The notes below the pieces were generated by a model. It ran no database searches and was not told where the DNA came from. It saw nothing but the letters and a program-made list of their open reading frames with translations. Source: Chlorokybus atmophyticus (taxonomy: Eukaryota; Plantae; Mesostigma and Chlorokybus algae). Taken from it: DNA of 64,000 bases. Location of the stretch: NCBI GenBank assembly GCA_009103225.1, contig RHPI01000797.1, positions 843,723 to 907,722 on the forward strand, given 5' to 3'. The position numbers and the translations under genes were made by a program. Shown piece by piece: positions 41,249 through 54,441 of this stretch (positions are counted from its first letter, which is position 1; every line of letters begins with the position of its first letter).

Positions 41249-43262
41249 ATGGCGTCGTCGTTGCCCACCTCCGCAAGCGTGTCATGGAGCTCAGCAACCG
41301 CAGTGTCCAGGAACACCAGCAGCGCCAGGACCTTCAAAGAGAGGCGATCGGCGGCGAGCAGCGTTACGTCGCAAGCGGGCGGAAGAAGCTTTGCTTTGCA
41401 ACGTCAGCAGCTGCGGCAGTCCCAGGGGTGGTCAGGGTTTGGGGCTGGACAGCAGCTGGTGCTGAAGCAATGGCGCAAGACAAGCACTACTGCGCCATGC
41501 AGGTGGAGTTACAAAGCAGTGGCAGCTGCATGTGAAAGTTGCATTGAGCAGGACAGTTGAGCAGCATAGCCTGCTGACCGGTTGGCTTGCATGCCCCCTG
41601 TTCTTTCTGGCATGTGTAGCAGTCGCCCTGCCCACTTGGCCACGCGCGAGGCTAGCCGAGTGGGCAGGGTGACTGCTACACATGTCACCCTTGAGTCAGT
41701 TGGACCGTAAGGCATTAGAAGTAGCAGGCTGGTTGACGTTGCTTGTCACTGCGTTTTGGCAGATCTGCGGTGCGCATGGAAGCTAAAGCACCGCCAGGCA
41801 AGCATGCCAAGGTGGTTGAGAACGTTGAGGTGGGTTTACACATGTCTTGGGACAGAGCACTTTGGGGTTGTGGACAGGGACTTTGTGTGAGTGACGTGTG
41901 GGAAACATCTATCTTCACTGTTGAGTGGTCTCGGCTTTTTCGGCAGGTGTCGAGAGGCACGCGGTTGCTTACAATGCAGGCCGACGAGAGCGTGGCATAT
42001 GAGCCCGGGCATGTATTCGCGCTGTGGGTGCAGGACTCCGACAGCGGCAAGTGGTCAGTGTGGCAAGTCAATTGCAGGTGTTGCATAATCGATGTTGTTG
42101 CATGTTGTGGTTATACGCAATTGAGTGCAGGATACGGCACCCGTACACAGTGACACGCTGCGAACCCAATGCCGGGCAGGTGTCCTTCGTGTATCGCGTT
42201 ATTCAAGGAGGCAAAGTGAGTGAGGGCTTGCTTGTTTTCAAAACTGTTAATTGCAAGGTGTTGTCTTGAGCAGTCTTGAGCGGGTCCTATGACAGATGAC
42301 TGGCATTCTGGAGTCCTTGTCTGAAGGCGCTGAGCTGAGGTTTGACGGAGAGTATCACGTACCTATATTGAAGGTAGATCCCACCTCTACTTAAGTCAGA
42401 AACACACTTGTGAAGGGTGCTGAGTTTGCGGATGCGCTCCTGCTGGCAACAGCCTGGTGGCAGCTATTGTTGCCTTGACTTGTTGTCGTTGTTGTGGTCC
42501 GTCTGCAGGGTATGGCGCCAGGGAGCACCGCAGTGGTTGGGGTGGCCACTGGCAGCGGGATCGGCCCATTGTACGGGTTTGTGGAGCAGGCGCTGCAGGC
42601 TGGGCTGCAAGTGCCTGTGCTCATTGTGGCAGGTATGCATACCTCCATGTCACATACCAGCATTGCACTGTCGCATACTGGACGCATCATGAGCGGTTGA
42701 GGCAGTTGCTACAGCAGTGCGGTGTTATATGACGTGGCATTGTGCGTATGGGTTCACAGCCCATCAAGAGATATTTGTCTTACCTGCAGGGTTCAGAGAC
42801 ATCGCCGATGTTGCGCTCGCTGATCAACTCGAGAAGCTTGCCAGCAAGACTTCAAACCTCTCCCTTGAATTGACTCTCACGAACCCAAGCAGCGAATGGA
42901 CCGGGCTCACGGGGCGAGTGACTGATGTGTTACCAAGCCTGCTGTCCAAACATGGTGAGTTTGATCAACATTTATTGAGTTCTACATCACAGCTTTATCT
43001 TATGTGCTGTATTCATTGTTGTGTACTGGCGACTTGAAGTTCCTGCATAGCACTCACTGGGAGCTGGGCTGCAGGTTTGAATGCCACGCAGCAAGTGCAC
43101 TTCCACTTGGTCGGCAACGGTGCTATGATTAACTTGTTGCAAGCGACGCTGCACAAGGCCGGAGTAAGCAAGGAGTATGTCACAGTTGAGACATACTTTA
43201 ACCACAACAAGAAGGCAGACCCTGCTGAAGTTGAAAAACTTGCATTAAATTTCCGAGTGTAA
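41249..43262 (+). CDS. FNR-like FAD/NAD(P)-binding oxidoreductase, probably plastid-targeted
   Basis: Ser/Arg-rich N-terminus; YEPGHVFAL; RHPYTV (RxYS/T flavin motif); VYRVIQGGKMT; VGVATGSGIGP (NAD-binding); AGFR; GLTGRVTD; LVGNGAMI; VETYF; stop TAA 43260-43262. Confidence 0.85.
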
Positions 43263-43809
43263 GTCTGTGTACATTACTAGCCTGTATCATGAATAACTGC
43301 AATTGCCACTACAGTTGGTTGCAACTGTGGCTTCCGACTGATGACACTGAGCAGAATGTACTGTACTAAGTACTGTAGGTGTAGGATAAACAAAGGAGCC
43401 ACACACAAACATGCAGTTTGAAGGGGCAACCGAAAGCATGCATAGCCAATAAGAGCCAGAAGAAGGGGTGCTTCAATTGCACCAAGGATTGAACAATAAT
43501 TACAACTCAAGAAAAGGAGCAGGAATAGGTGCTACACCTACGACTACATCCACACGCATTTTTTGGTAACAACCAATTTCTGCTGCAATGAACCGAACCT
43601 GATCAATAGCAATCGATGCCAACTACATGATACAGCTGTGCTGTGTACTCTATGCACAAACTCTCTAAAGAAATGCTATTCAACAATGAAAAGACTGGAA
43701 ACGAACCGAGCTGCCCATTGCGACTGCAGATGTCCAGCATGGGCTGCAGGTCTCGCAATGCACTGGATTGAATAGTACATTGCATTCAATGTGAATGCCA
43801 GGAATCAAA

Positions 43810-46800
43810 TCAATATGTGGCAAAAAGCACGCAGCGTCGCGACTGCGGGTAGGTGCATGTCGCGCAGGACTCGGTGTCGCCGGATGACAGGTTGAGTCCA
43901 GCAAGCTGCACAGTCGCAAAGTGCACAACGACGCACTTGCGCCTGTACTCGGACACGGGGTTTACTTTCTGGAAGGTCTGCGTGGCCACGCGCATGCCGC
44001 TGGTCTTGAACTGATACATGGGAGTGCCGCTCCACTGGGCTTTCTTCTGATTGACAAAGTGCCACTTGGCCATGGTATTGACACTGCCAATGGGCGTCGC
44101 AGCAGCGCCTGTGTTGCCCCTGCAAGCACGAACAAAAGCCGTAGGGTTCAATAACAGCACTGAAGCAAAGAGACGATTACACAACCATGCTGCAACACTC
44201 ACGTGTAATGGATGTCGCTGCCGTACGCCATGTCAATGGACCCATCGCCAAGCTGGATCTTGGGCACGACAAAGGCATCCGTACCAACCGAGAAGTCACA
44301 CACGTCCACGGGCCTCAGTCCTGCGGGGCAGGCTGTGACATAGGTGGTGGTGCCGGGGGGTGGAGGCGAGCGGTTGTTCACAACCGTGGGAGGTGGTGGA
44401 GAGCTCACGGCCTTGGGTGGTGGAGGGCTTGATTTCACCACTGGCGGAGGAGGGGACTTCACCATCTTTGGAGGTGGAGGAGGAGGGGATTGTGCTGTTG
44501 TTGCTGTTGGGGGAGGTGGGGAGGAGACTGCCTTGGGTGGGGGCGAGCTGATGGCCTTGGGTGGTGTTGGGGAGGGAGAAGGTGTGGAGCTCGCAGCACC
44601 ATCAGCCAGGCGGGCGAGCAGGCCAGTGTAGGCAGCGTTGTAGTCGATGGCGACCTCGTTGCTGACATAGTTGTCGCGGGCATCGGCGTACATCTCTTGG
44701 ATGGTGGGGCCGCCGACAATGGCGCCAGTGAGAGCATTGGGGTTGGGGTTGGGGTTCTGGTACCACAAGCCGTAACCCATGCCGCAGTCGTAGAACTTGC
44801 CATCATCGGGGATTGAGGCACCACGATGGTGAGGGCGGAGAGGCGGGTTGCTGCCCCAGCCAACGACAAAGGAGCGCTTCAGTGGGTTCGCGCCCAGCAT
44901 GTAGTCCACCTGGCCGCGAGCCCAAGCCACCACTGAGGCCGGCGAGCGAGGGCCCGCAGTTGACTGGGCGTTGGCCTGGCATTGGAGCTGCATGCCCTTG
45001 CTCTGCAGAGTATGCAATCAGTAAGTAAGCAAGCAATATCGAGACAGCCCAGACACAGGTGTAACAACATGTCTACATATGTGGCGAAACCAAACCTACA
45101 GTTACAAACTGTACCTGGAGCCAATCAGCGTGCACAACCGCCACGAATGCAGCGTTCATGGTGTATCGGAACGTGCCCCACTGCGAGTCGTAGGCCATGC
45201 CATTGGGAGTGTAAGGGATGCGACCATTCGGAAGCCACTCGCATGCAAAGTATGTTGCAGCTGGAACATACTGGTCTCCACCGTCCATGATGCGCGCCAT
45301 CAGAACCTGAAGGCTGTGTGTGAGCAAATGCTTGCACGAGGCAACAAAACTAATGCAGGGTACAGATGTGTACCTGGTTTGCGGCAGTTTTATCGTCCCA
45401 TGAGAACTCAATGGCATAGCGATCGCCACCAAGAGCTACCCAATTGGTAAGGACGTAGTTCTTGTATCCAACCTCACCAGTTGCCAGGTGCAACCAGATA
45501 GCTCCCCACAAAAGCTCATCGCCGTACCCGCTCCACGAGTTGTAGAAGCCAGCTGTCATCAACGCTGTTTCAGCTTGCTTTGCATTGAGGTGATGGCATT
45601 CCAAGCGCTGAGCTGGGATTGGCAACCTTGCAAGCTGACTAACACAAGTACCACAGACCACTTGCAGCCATGTTGCCACAGCCTACCTGCGTTGGTGATG
45701 GAGTCCGAGTACTTGCCCCGGTATGTATCAGCAAAGGCGTGCAACTGACGCGCATGGGTCAGCAGCATGTCAGCGTATGCGTCGCCCTCGCGAGCGCGCA
45801 AGACAATGCTAGCTGCTGCCAACGCTGCTGCCGCCTCTCCTGCCAAGTCAGATCCTGGCTTGGCAGCAGTGATGGCGAAGGAGGGCCTGGCGAGCACACC
45901 GGTTGTTAATAACAAGGACCTGTGCTGCTGATTAAGCGCAGCATTGCAAGCATGAGCTGTTACCTGTTGGTTGTCATTGTTTCTGGGCGCATCCAGCAGG
46001 CATGGTCGGTGTTGCCGTCACCCACCTGGATGGTGACACATTGCATTCAGCTTTGCAACACATCCAGACTGACACGATGATACTAAAGCCGTATAGCTGC
46101 AAAGCTACGTGTGATGAATGCACGACCAAGTACCTTTAGCTGAATAGCACTTACTTGTCCATAGAAGACATTGGGTTGGGGGTGGCACTTCACCATGAAG
46201 TCAGCTCCCCACTTGATGGCATCAAGAACGTTATCAAGTTGATTGGCAGCAGTGTATGAATCACGATGCTCATAGACTCCCCACGACAGCACGGTGATAG
46301 TGTAGGCGTGTGGAAATCCAAACTTGACATTGTCTCCAGCATCGTAGTACCTGTCCAAGCAACCATGTCAGCAGCGCACTATAACAAGGGAGTCTGCCAA
46401 CACCAAAGCCACAAATAAGTTCGTCTCTTACCCGCCAGTCAGATCGAGGCCAACATCAGCACCATCTGTGAGCGCAGAGTCTTGTCGCCATGGAATGCGA
46501 TTGCTGCATTGGAGGAAGGTGCGTATCAGCGACGCACAACACGAGACAACTGACACATGTGAGCACCTCAGCTGTAGCAAATACTTCCCTATTCAGACAA
46601 CCAGCACATGCCACACACAATGCAGGGGTCTAGCGAGTCACTCCACCCACAAGTAGTGAAGAAATGCTTGACATGCTGCAATGCTGCACGTCTAGCGTGG
46701 TCATGCATGCTACGAGCTTACCTTGCAGGCAGGTGGCCAGAGCGCTGTGCCTCATAGAACAGCAGCGACTTCCCCATGAGGTCTGCGTAGTCGGCACCGC

Positions 46801-46891
46801 TGAAGGCAAGAGCAGCTGGTGCGACAGCAAGCAGCACCAGCAGCCCCAGCGCGGTGAGCATGCGAGGAGAAGAGGAAAGGGAAGGAGCCAT
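43810..46891 (-). CDS. Secreted GH9 endo-1,4-beta-glucanase with a Ser-Pro-rich linker and a Cys-containing C-terminal domain
   Basis: Signal peptide; LLFYEAQRSG; WRQDSAL; DLTGGYYDAGDNVKFGFP; IKWGADF; YGQVGDGNTDHACW; PGSDLAGEAAAALAAAS; DELLWGA; SWDDK; QVDYMLGANP; PHHR; LTGAIVGGP; DARDNYVSNEVAIDYNAA; SPPPP repeats; last intron ~44197-44121. Confidence 0.96.
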
Positions 46892-47648
46892 TGCGGAGGT
46901 GTCTGGGCTTCTTGCCAGACGGCTGCTTGTGGTGGACCGCCTTGAGGGCGGCGACCACAGCAGGGTGGTGCCTGCTGCTACTGGTGAGAGCACGACAAGC
47001 AACACTGAACCTGCCCATGGTGGCAGCACCGTGACACCTTATACTCCAGCAGAAGCTATTCCCAGCGACACGGATGATGACAAGCCTCAAAGCGAAGTAC
47101 CCAAGCAAAGCAACCCCGGAGCTACAAGACAAGGACAACTATAGCCCTGCCGCCGCCGACGGCCCCTCCGACCGCCACGTAGCAAGCCTATATTAGCCTG
47201 CCGTTTCAACCTACATTCAAACATGAAGCCTTAATCGGTCTGGCTTCTCACGCAGTGGCGCACAGCGCTTTGCTATCGGGACCCTGCACCGGGGCAACAC
47301 TAGCCGTTTTCACGCTTCTATTCTCCGATAGAAGCCAACTTCAGCGAATCGCGCCACGGGCTATACCGGGGAAGTAGCCAAATTTAAGGTCACGCGACTC
47401 CGAGCGCTAATTGCAGCTTAAACGGCGGTCATCGACTCGAACGGCACAGCTAACGGCGTCGTCAGCAACGCTAGCGTCAACTCCGGCGACAACGCTTGCG
47501 ACAACATGGAGTTAGGGTTTCAATGAGACGTGATGCCACGCAAAATATGCCTTGCTGAAGCAAAGCGGCGGTGTCGGTGGTGCTGGTGACGTTCGCGGCA
47601 GTGAGGCTGTTCCTGAGGGCAGACTTGTCGGCGGCAGCGGCGGCGGCA

Positions 47649-48696
47649 ATGTTTCGGCAGCAGGAGGCGGGGTTGACGGAGCCGTTGCTGGGCAGGGCGC
47701 CGGAGAATGCCGTCGCAGCCCGCGGCAGGAGGACTGAGGGGGAAGGCTTCTGGGCAGGGTTGGGCAGGGTGTTTCGCAGGAAAAGCGGCCTATCAGCCGC
47801 CGTGAAGGAGGTTCCGCGCAAGGTCCCCATGCGGATAGAACCCAAGGTACGCATGTGTGCATACGTTGGGCGGGTTGTATTGCTGACGTAGCGTTAGTAC
47901 AGCTGCTGTAGGCAGACATCATGTGCAGATCATGGGCATGCATGGCGAGCATGTCAAGGACAAAACAATGCCGCTAGTCTGTTCACGCATCGCGCGTTAG
48001 CTGACCACAACAACAAGCTCCATGCAAGCACGCAGCATTGCTGCTCGAGTGACGGGTTGACATAACAGTTTATTACTTACCTCACTCTCTCTGTCTGTTA
48101 TTGCTCTCAAGGTTAGGTCTGTATGCCACAACGCAGCTCATGCCTGTCGTTGTACGCTTGATTCTGAAGCTGTCGGATAAGAGTGCTCGATGTGTTTGAC
48201 AAGAGTGCTTGCTATCAAGCATATGCTGCTGTGCATGTACAAGCTCACGAGTACTGTTGGTGGGTGCGGTTGTTCAACAGCGTGTGCAGTGGTAGTAACC
48301 AGCAAGTCTGCTGCATCGATGCCATTGTCATGCTGTAATGCTCAATCTTCTCAACTGGCATAGGTTTTTTTCGCTAACGAGAGGACGTTCCTGTCATGGC
48401 TGCACATGGCGGTTACCATTGGCAGCATCGGTTCGGCCATTCTTGCCTTTGCAACCGATCCCGATCTGTCTCCAGCAAGCAGTCGCTTAATGGCATCGGT
48501 GGGCATCATGCTTCTCCCCGTGGCGATCATGTTTGCAACATACGCCGCTGTCACCTTCAACACCCGCGCCATGAAGCTTCGGAAACGCGAGGAAGGGTCG
48601 TTTGAAGATAGGAGGGGACCTCTCGCCCTGGCTTGTGTGATGTTCCTCGCCCTTCTCGGCATTTTCGTCATGTCGTTGCTGCGGTTATTTGAGTAA
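47649..48696 (+). CDS. VTC1: Vacuolar transporter chaperone 1-like (DUF202) protein, paralog A
   Basis: KVPMRIEPK|VFFANERTFLSWL followed by three hydrophobic helices and FEDRRGP. Confidence 0.88.
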
Positions 48697-50435
48697 CGGC
48701 TGCAAAGCAACATTGGTGTGTGTAGATACGATCACGCCATCGGCCTTGTCCTTCTTCTCTACTCATCCAATGCACAGCTGAGAGCTACAGCGTCGCAAAG
48801 CCGGCCAACATGCGCGTTGGCTGTGAACATACGGTGTGCTCTCCTGGCTGCAGGTAACCACCGCCCTTCTCTTGGTGGATTTCCAGTTGGTTGCGATGTT
48901 GCGGCGTCGGGTACAATAGACTGGTGTACAAGAAAAGAGATTATCACAGTACAGTCAAAGGCTCACCCGTAGTTATGGTATGATTATAGTATTGGCAACA
49001 ACCCCGTACTTCGGCTGCACATGCACTCCTGTGTGTTGTTCTGCAAGCAACGCATGTCAGTCGCTTAAGCCTGTGTTGATAGCGCACACTGTTTGGGCGG
49101 GGCTTGACTAGTCTGCGGATGGCATCTCCCCTTTGCTGAAGGTAAGGTCCATGCCGCACAACAGTAAGTGCGAACAGGTCTCTGTTGTTTGTTTGGTTGT
49201 ACTCAGTTAAAGTCCAGATTGAGGGGCAAGTTATATCATCATGCATTAGCAGTGTGCTGTAAGGGTGATGGTGGTTGGTCACAGTCCATGCCTCCTGCAT
49301 GGTTGGTGTTTAGAGTGATGGTTCTCACTCTCATGCATACGTTCTGCACCAGCACTACAACCCCCTACCACAAGCACAACTAACACTGCCACGCATTGGG
49401 CTAGTACGTATATAGTAGGCAGATGCAGGGGAGGCGGGTCCGTGATTGGATGGCAACACATTAGGTCAACCTGCAGCGATGAGAGAGGTTGGTGAGCCTG
49501 CACATCTTGCGGTTGTGGTGGAGTGTGTCGAGCAGTGCTTGCACCTAGCAGCGCCCCTGTGCTGTGCGCCAGCATCACGCACAAGCACATCATGGTGTGA
49601 ACCATATATGACAAGTGCGTGTATCTTTGTTGACCAAATGGCAATAGTGCAACACTGAAGAGTGCAACAGTTTTGCAGTCTTCAGCTTGATGTGAGCTGC
49701 GCAGTGGCTAAGTACTATGTACGATCTGTGGTGGTGGAGCCACCTTTCTCGCATTAGTTGAGGCGTGCTGCTGATGGTTGAACAATATGATGTCAGTCAC
49801 ACGTCAAGTGAGTTCCAAGTTCTAAGAAGTTATTTCTGCAATAGTGGAAGCGTGATGCAGGGACACAAGCAGGGCACCAAAGTCTGAGTGCAAAATGTGC
49901 ACTGTCAGCCAAAGGAAGGCAATTCCTGCACACATGCAGAAACACATACGTACACCACGGCAACTTGGGTGAGTTGCACACAGATGCACATGGACCGACA
50001 TACACACAGGCAGAGAGGAACCGAGGTTGGTGGCAAAATGACTTTCTTCCGTCAATGCAGCCTGATATATATACGCCGCAGCTTACACAGGTACACAATG
50101 GCACACTCTCTTCTATCCTACCCACTGGTTCAGCGATACATTGTAAGCTACCTACCTCTAAGCGTATGTATCACCTCTCAATAAAAGAGAGAGTGAGTAA
50201 TATGATCTACTACTAATACACCTATACTAATACACCTACAAGGCCAAGGAGGGGGGGCTGCGATATATTCCAGTAGACTTATTTGGTGGAGACTCTCGTC
50301 TTCTTTTCTGCTAGTCTTCCCCTCCTCAACCAGCCTTTTAGCAACACGCGAGCGTACACAAAACTGTGGTGGTACACCATGGTACACAAACACACGCACA
50401 ACACACTCAACCCAAACCCCACACATCCCCCACTT

Positions 50436-53400
50436 CTATTTCCGAACCCACGCGTCGTTGTAGGAACGCAAAGCTCCAGCCCTCGCCGAGCAGTCGGGTA
50501 CGTTGTTGCCTCCGTTGGGCACATTTGCATCAATAACAACAAAGTTACAACCACCCTTCGGGCAAGGCGAGGAGTTCATATCTCTGTATAGTGGGATGGG
50601 TCGGGAACCCGTCTGTCTCACCCTCACCAATATGAAGTTGTTGTTGGTGTCGTAGAAATACGCCCCGCCGTTGGCAACACGCACGTCATTGACAGAATAG
50701 CGCCTTGCAAGTGGTCTTCGCGTGGCCGTGTCACGGCCCCATGAGTCGTAGTCGCCAAAACCCATATATACCGAGTTCACTTGCGTGCCGGGTGGGTAGC
50801 ACACGGCCACCTCCACGAACTCGTTGTAGTATGCGTTGGTCATGAGGAGTTGAAACGTTTTGGGAATGTGGGTGAGGTGAGCCACATAGGATGCACCAGC
50901 GCTGAGGATGGATTGCCACACACCACCCCGCATGCCGGAAAGAGTGAGTTGGGTTGCACCCCAACTAGCACCACCGTCAAGGTTGTTACGGTACAAGGTG
51001 AGACTCGCGATCTGGCTGTCCGACCGCGACATGAACTCAAAGTTGGTATACCTGATGCATATAGCCACAAGTCAGTGCGGGTACTTCTGCACTAGCTGTG
51101 CGCGCCTATTTGATGCAAGCAACCGCATGCATCACTAATTGTGTGCGTCTCATGCGCGCACGCATAACGTGAGACACACAGGCACGCTCGCTTGAGCACA
51201 CACACGCTCACAGACTGGTGAGCGGCTTACCGGTGGGGGCATGCTAGGCCGTATGCTTGTGACTGTTTGCATCGGTTGGTCTTATAGAACGCCAGGTTGG
51301 GTAGCAATGTCGAGTACGGTCTCCCAGACACGGACCCGTCTTGGTCGAACATATTGCAGGTCTTCCCGCCGTCCCCACCGGTCGAGTCCGGGTTGTACAA
51401 CGGGTATGGGCTGTTGATGAACTTGTTGTTGATGATCGTCGTGGCCACGGACATCCAGAACACGTTGTACCAACGGGGACCGAAGGGAGCGTAAGGCACG
51501 CTCGGCACGCCGTTGGCGTTCTTCAACCATGGGAAGTTGATGAAGGTGTTATCCTCTAGCCTGATTGGTCCATCATACAACCTGTGATCACAACAACCAC
51601 AGGTCAGAGACTGCAAAGACAGATACATATGCACAGACATACTCATGCCCACACACATGCACACCTATCTGAGCGTAAGCACGCTTTTGCACACGTACAC
51701 AAATCCCCACATACACACATACTCAACATACACACACATACCAAACATACCCAACATGTCACCATATACCCACCTTATTGCCGCGTTCCACCACCCGGTC
51801 GGTCTTGAGCTCTTCTGCTGCGCGTCCCACGTCTGCACTCCCGCGGACGGCGTGGACGGGTTGCCCCTGTTGTTGGAGATGCCGAGGAAGCGCGAGCCCG
51901 ACACAACATTGAGACCAGACAGAGAAGGGTTGCCAGAACCTGAAAACTGCACGCCCTCGGGAGTGTCGGAGATGAAAGCGTTGGTGATGTCGAAGGAGTA
52001 ACCGCGAAACCACATTGCCGCATCTGTGGGGAGAGCCGCACGCATTAAACAATGTGTGGGTGGGGGTGGGGGTGGNNNNNNNNNNNNNNNNNNNNNNNNN
52101 NNNNNNNNNNNNNNNNNNNNNNNNNNNNNNNNNNNNNNNNNNNNNNNNNNNNNNNNNNNNNNNNNNNNNNNNNNNNNNNNNNNNNNNNNNNNNNNNNNNN
52201 NNNNNNNNNNNNNNNNNNNNNNNNNNNNNNNNNNNNNNNNNNNNNNNNNNNNNNGGGGTGGGTGGGTGGGTGGGTATGTGTGGATGTGTCTGTTCGTGCG
52301 CATGCGTGCACACGCACGCACAACAGCAACTACTGCTTACTCCATGTGCGCCACGTGGAGAACTTGTCGATGCGGTTGCGTACTCCCGGCAGTGGCTGGA
52401 ATGCCGGGTACACTATGGTTGCGTGGGGATAGTTGATGCCGGGGGTGTAGTCGAGGTTGTCCACGTTGGCGTTGTCGCCGAACAGTCCCGTGCGCGTGCT
52501 GTGACACTCGTTACCCGAAAAAGACTTGATGGCAGTCTTGCATGGCTGAACCCAGTTGTAAGCAGGGATGGACATCGACATACCGTCCGGACCAGCCCTC
52601 AACTGAACAAGCATATTATCACTATTAGTACTGACACAACAAGAACAACAACAACAACAACATGTAGAGTTGCCCACATTCTGTTACCTGGAACCAGTAG
52701 CACACGTTGGGTGAGGCAGCCGCGACGTTGTTCGTGATGGTGTTGCGTGGGTTTGTGATCCAGTACGATGACACGGATGCCGCAAGGTCTGTGCCCATGT
52801 GGAAGCCGCTTGACTTTGGCAGTGTGGCTATCACCAAGTTGCCATCAATCACATTGTCGAACTCAGTCCCATCCTGTTAGTGAAGGGTATTTTCAGTTAG
52901 TCACATGTGCATGTGGGTATGTGGGTGTGTGGGTATCTCACAGCGCACACTTACTTGGAAGTACATGGAGTGTCCGAGTGTTTGGTAGATGACATTGCGT
53001 GACACAACAGCGTTCTGCACGCCATGTAGTGTGATCCCCCTAAAGTTGGTGTGATGGATGGAGTTGGACCTGAGATACGTGCCGGCGGGTACTCGTCCCG
53101 CGAGGTGGAAATGCATCGGGTACTTGCCGATGGTGTTGCCATCTCCACCACCAATGACTTCCACTGCCTCCACGCGCACGGCCCTCACTCCAGCGAGGAA
53201 GATCATGTGGGCACCCGACGCGCTGCCGGGGGAACCGTCTTCCACGATGATGTTGCGTGTGAGGAGGGCAACCTCACCACGCTGCTCTTGACCCCACTCG
53301 TTGTCGGAGAAGTGAGAGTACTTGGCTGGGGGGGAGAACTCGAGCCAGTTGACGCCCAAGTCTGTGATGGTCACCTCCTCAGTCTGCAAATGAAAGAGAG

Positions 53401-54441
53401 AGCAAGTCAGTGACCCACATCACAACATGTCAGACAGCCTTAGCTGCCAAGGCATTGCATGCAGGCAAGCAAGTGTGCGCCATGTAGCATGAATGTATGC
53501 AAGTTTTGGCCGTCATCATACCTGCAGATAGTCGTAGTCTGTGCTTGGTAGGACAATCTTGTCACCAGACTTCCATCCCCAGATAGGTGAGCGTGTGGTG
53601 AGACGACGAGAACCCGCGTTCAGGGTGGAAGCCAATTTCACCCAAGGAGACGCATTGCCCTGTGTGTTGCAACAGAGTCAGTCAGTCACTGCATGCATGC
53701 AAGAAAGACAGCTGTGAGACTCATGCACACACATGCACATGCACACCTTGTGCATGCACACATGCAAGAAGCCAACAGAGTCAGTCAGTCACTGCATGCA
53801 TGCAAGAAAGACAGCTGTGAGACTCAAGCACACACATGCACATGCACACCTTGTGCATGCACACATGCAAGATGCCAATGCGCAGTGAGACATACCCACA
53901 TGCACACATGCACAAGTGCACGCACGAACCTTGTAGCCATGGAGGTCAATGGAACCGCCAGCGAAGACACCGATAGACTTGCCTCCAGCTGGGTAGGGTG
54001 CTGCTGCGCCTCGCGTGAGAACGATGCGAATGAGGTTGTGGAGTGGGCAAGTTTCGGTGCCAGCTTGCAGCGTGCCATACACGGCGATGAAGTTGGTCTC
54101 CAATCTTGTAGTTGCGTCGCGGAAGTAAAGTCCACCAGACTTGGATATAGTTATTCCCCCGCTCACCTTCACCGTAGCCAAGTCCAATAGCACAGGCCTG
54201 TCAATCTGAGGAGAGAGAGTGACAACCAGTTAGTGTCGGCTCACCACACTCATGTGCATGCATGTGGATACTGTGTATGTGTGCGTGTGCTTACTGTGAT
54301 GGAGCGGCCGACGTAGGAGTTGCGTCCAAAGACTGAGGACCAGGTGCGGAGGCCACCTGGGTAAGGGGTGCAGGCGGCTGTGGATTGCGAGCAGCATGCT
54401 AGGAGGAGGATGAGCAGCGGCGGCAGCAGCTGGACTCTCAT
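50436..54441 (-). CDS. Secreted G8-domain / parallel beta-helix protein (CEMIP/TMEM2-like)
   Basis: Signal peptide; G8 region (ITISKSGGLYF..IAVYGTLQAGTETCP..IRIVLT..KSIGVFAGGSIDLHG); WKSGDKIVLPSTDY; RGEVALLTRNI; GKYPMHFHL; SIHHTNFRGITLHG; GHSMYFQ|DGTE; SSYWITNPRNTITNNVAA; LYDGP. Gap 52076-52254 lies in an intron. Confidence 0.88.
52076..52254. other. Assembly gap (N run)
   Basis: N characters flanked by G-rich runs. Confidence 0.99.
53670..53872. repeat. Intronic tandem duplication, ~103-bp unit x2
   Basis: caacagagtcagtcagtcactgcatgcatgcaagaaagacagctgtgagactca.gcacacacatgcacatgcacaccttgtgcatgcacacatgcaaga twice. Confidence 0.92.
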
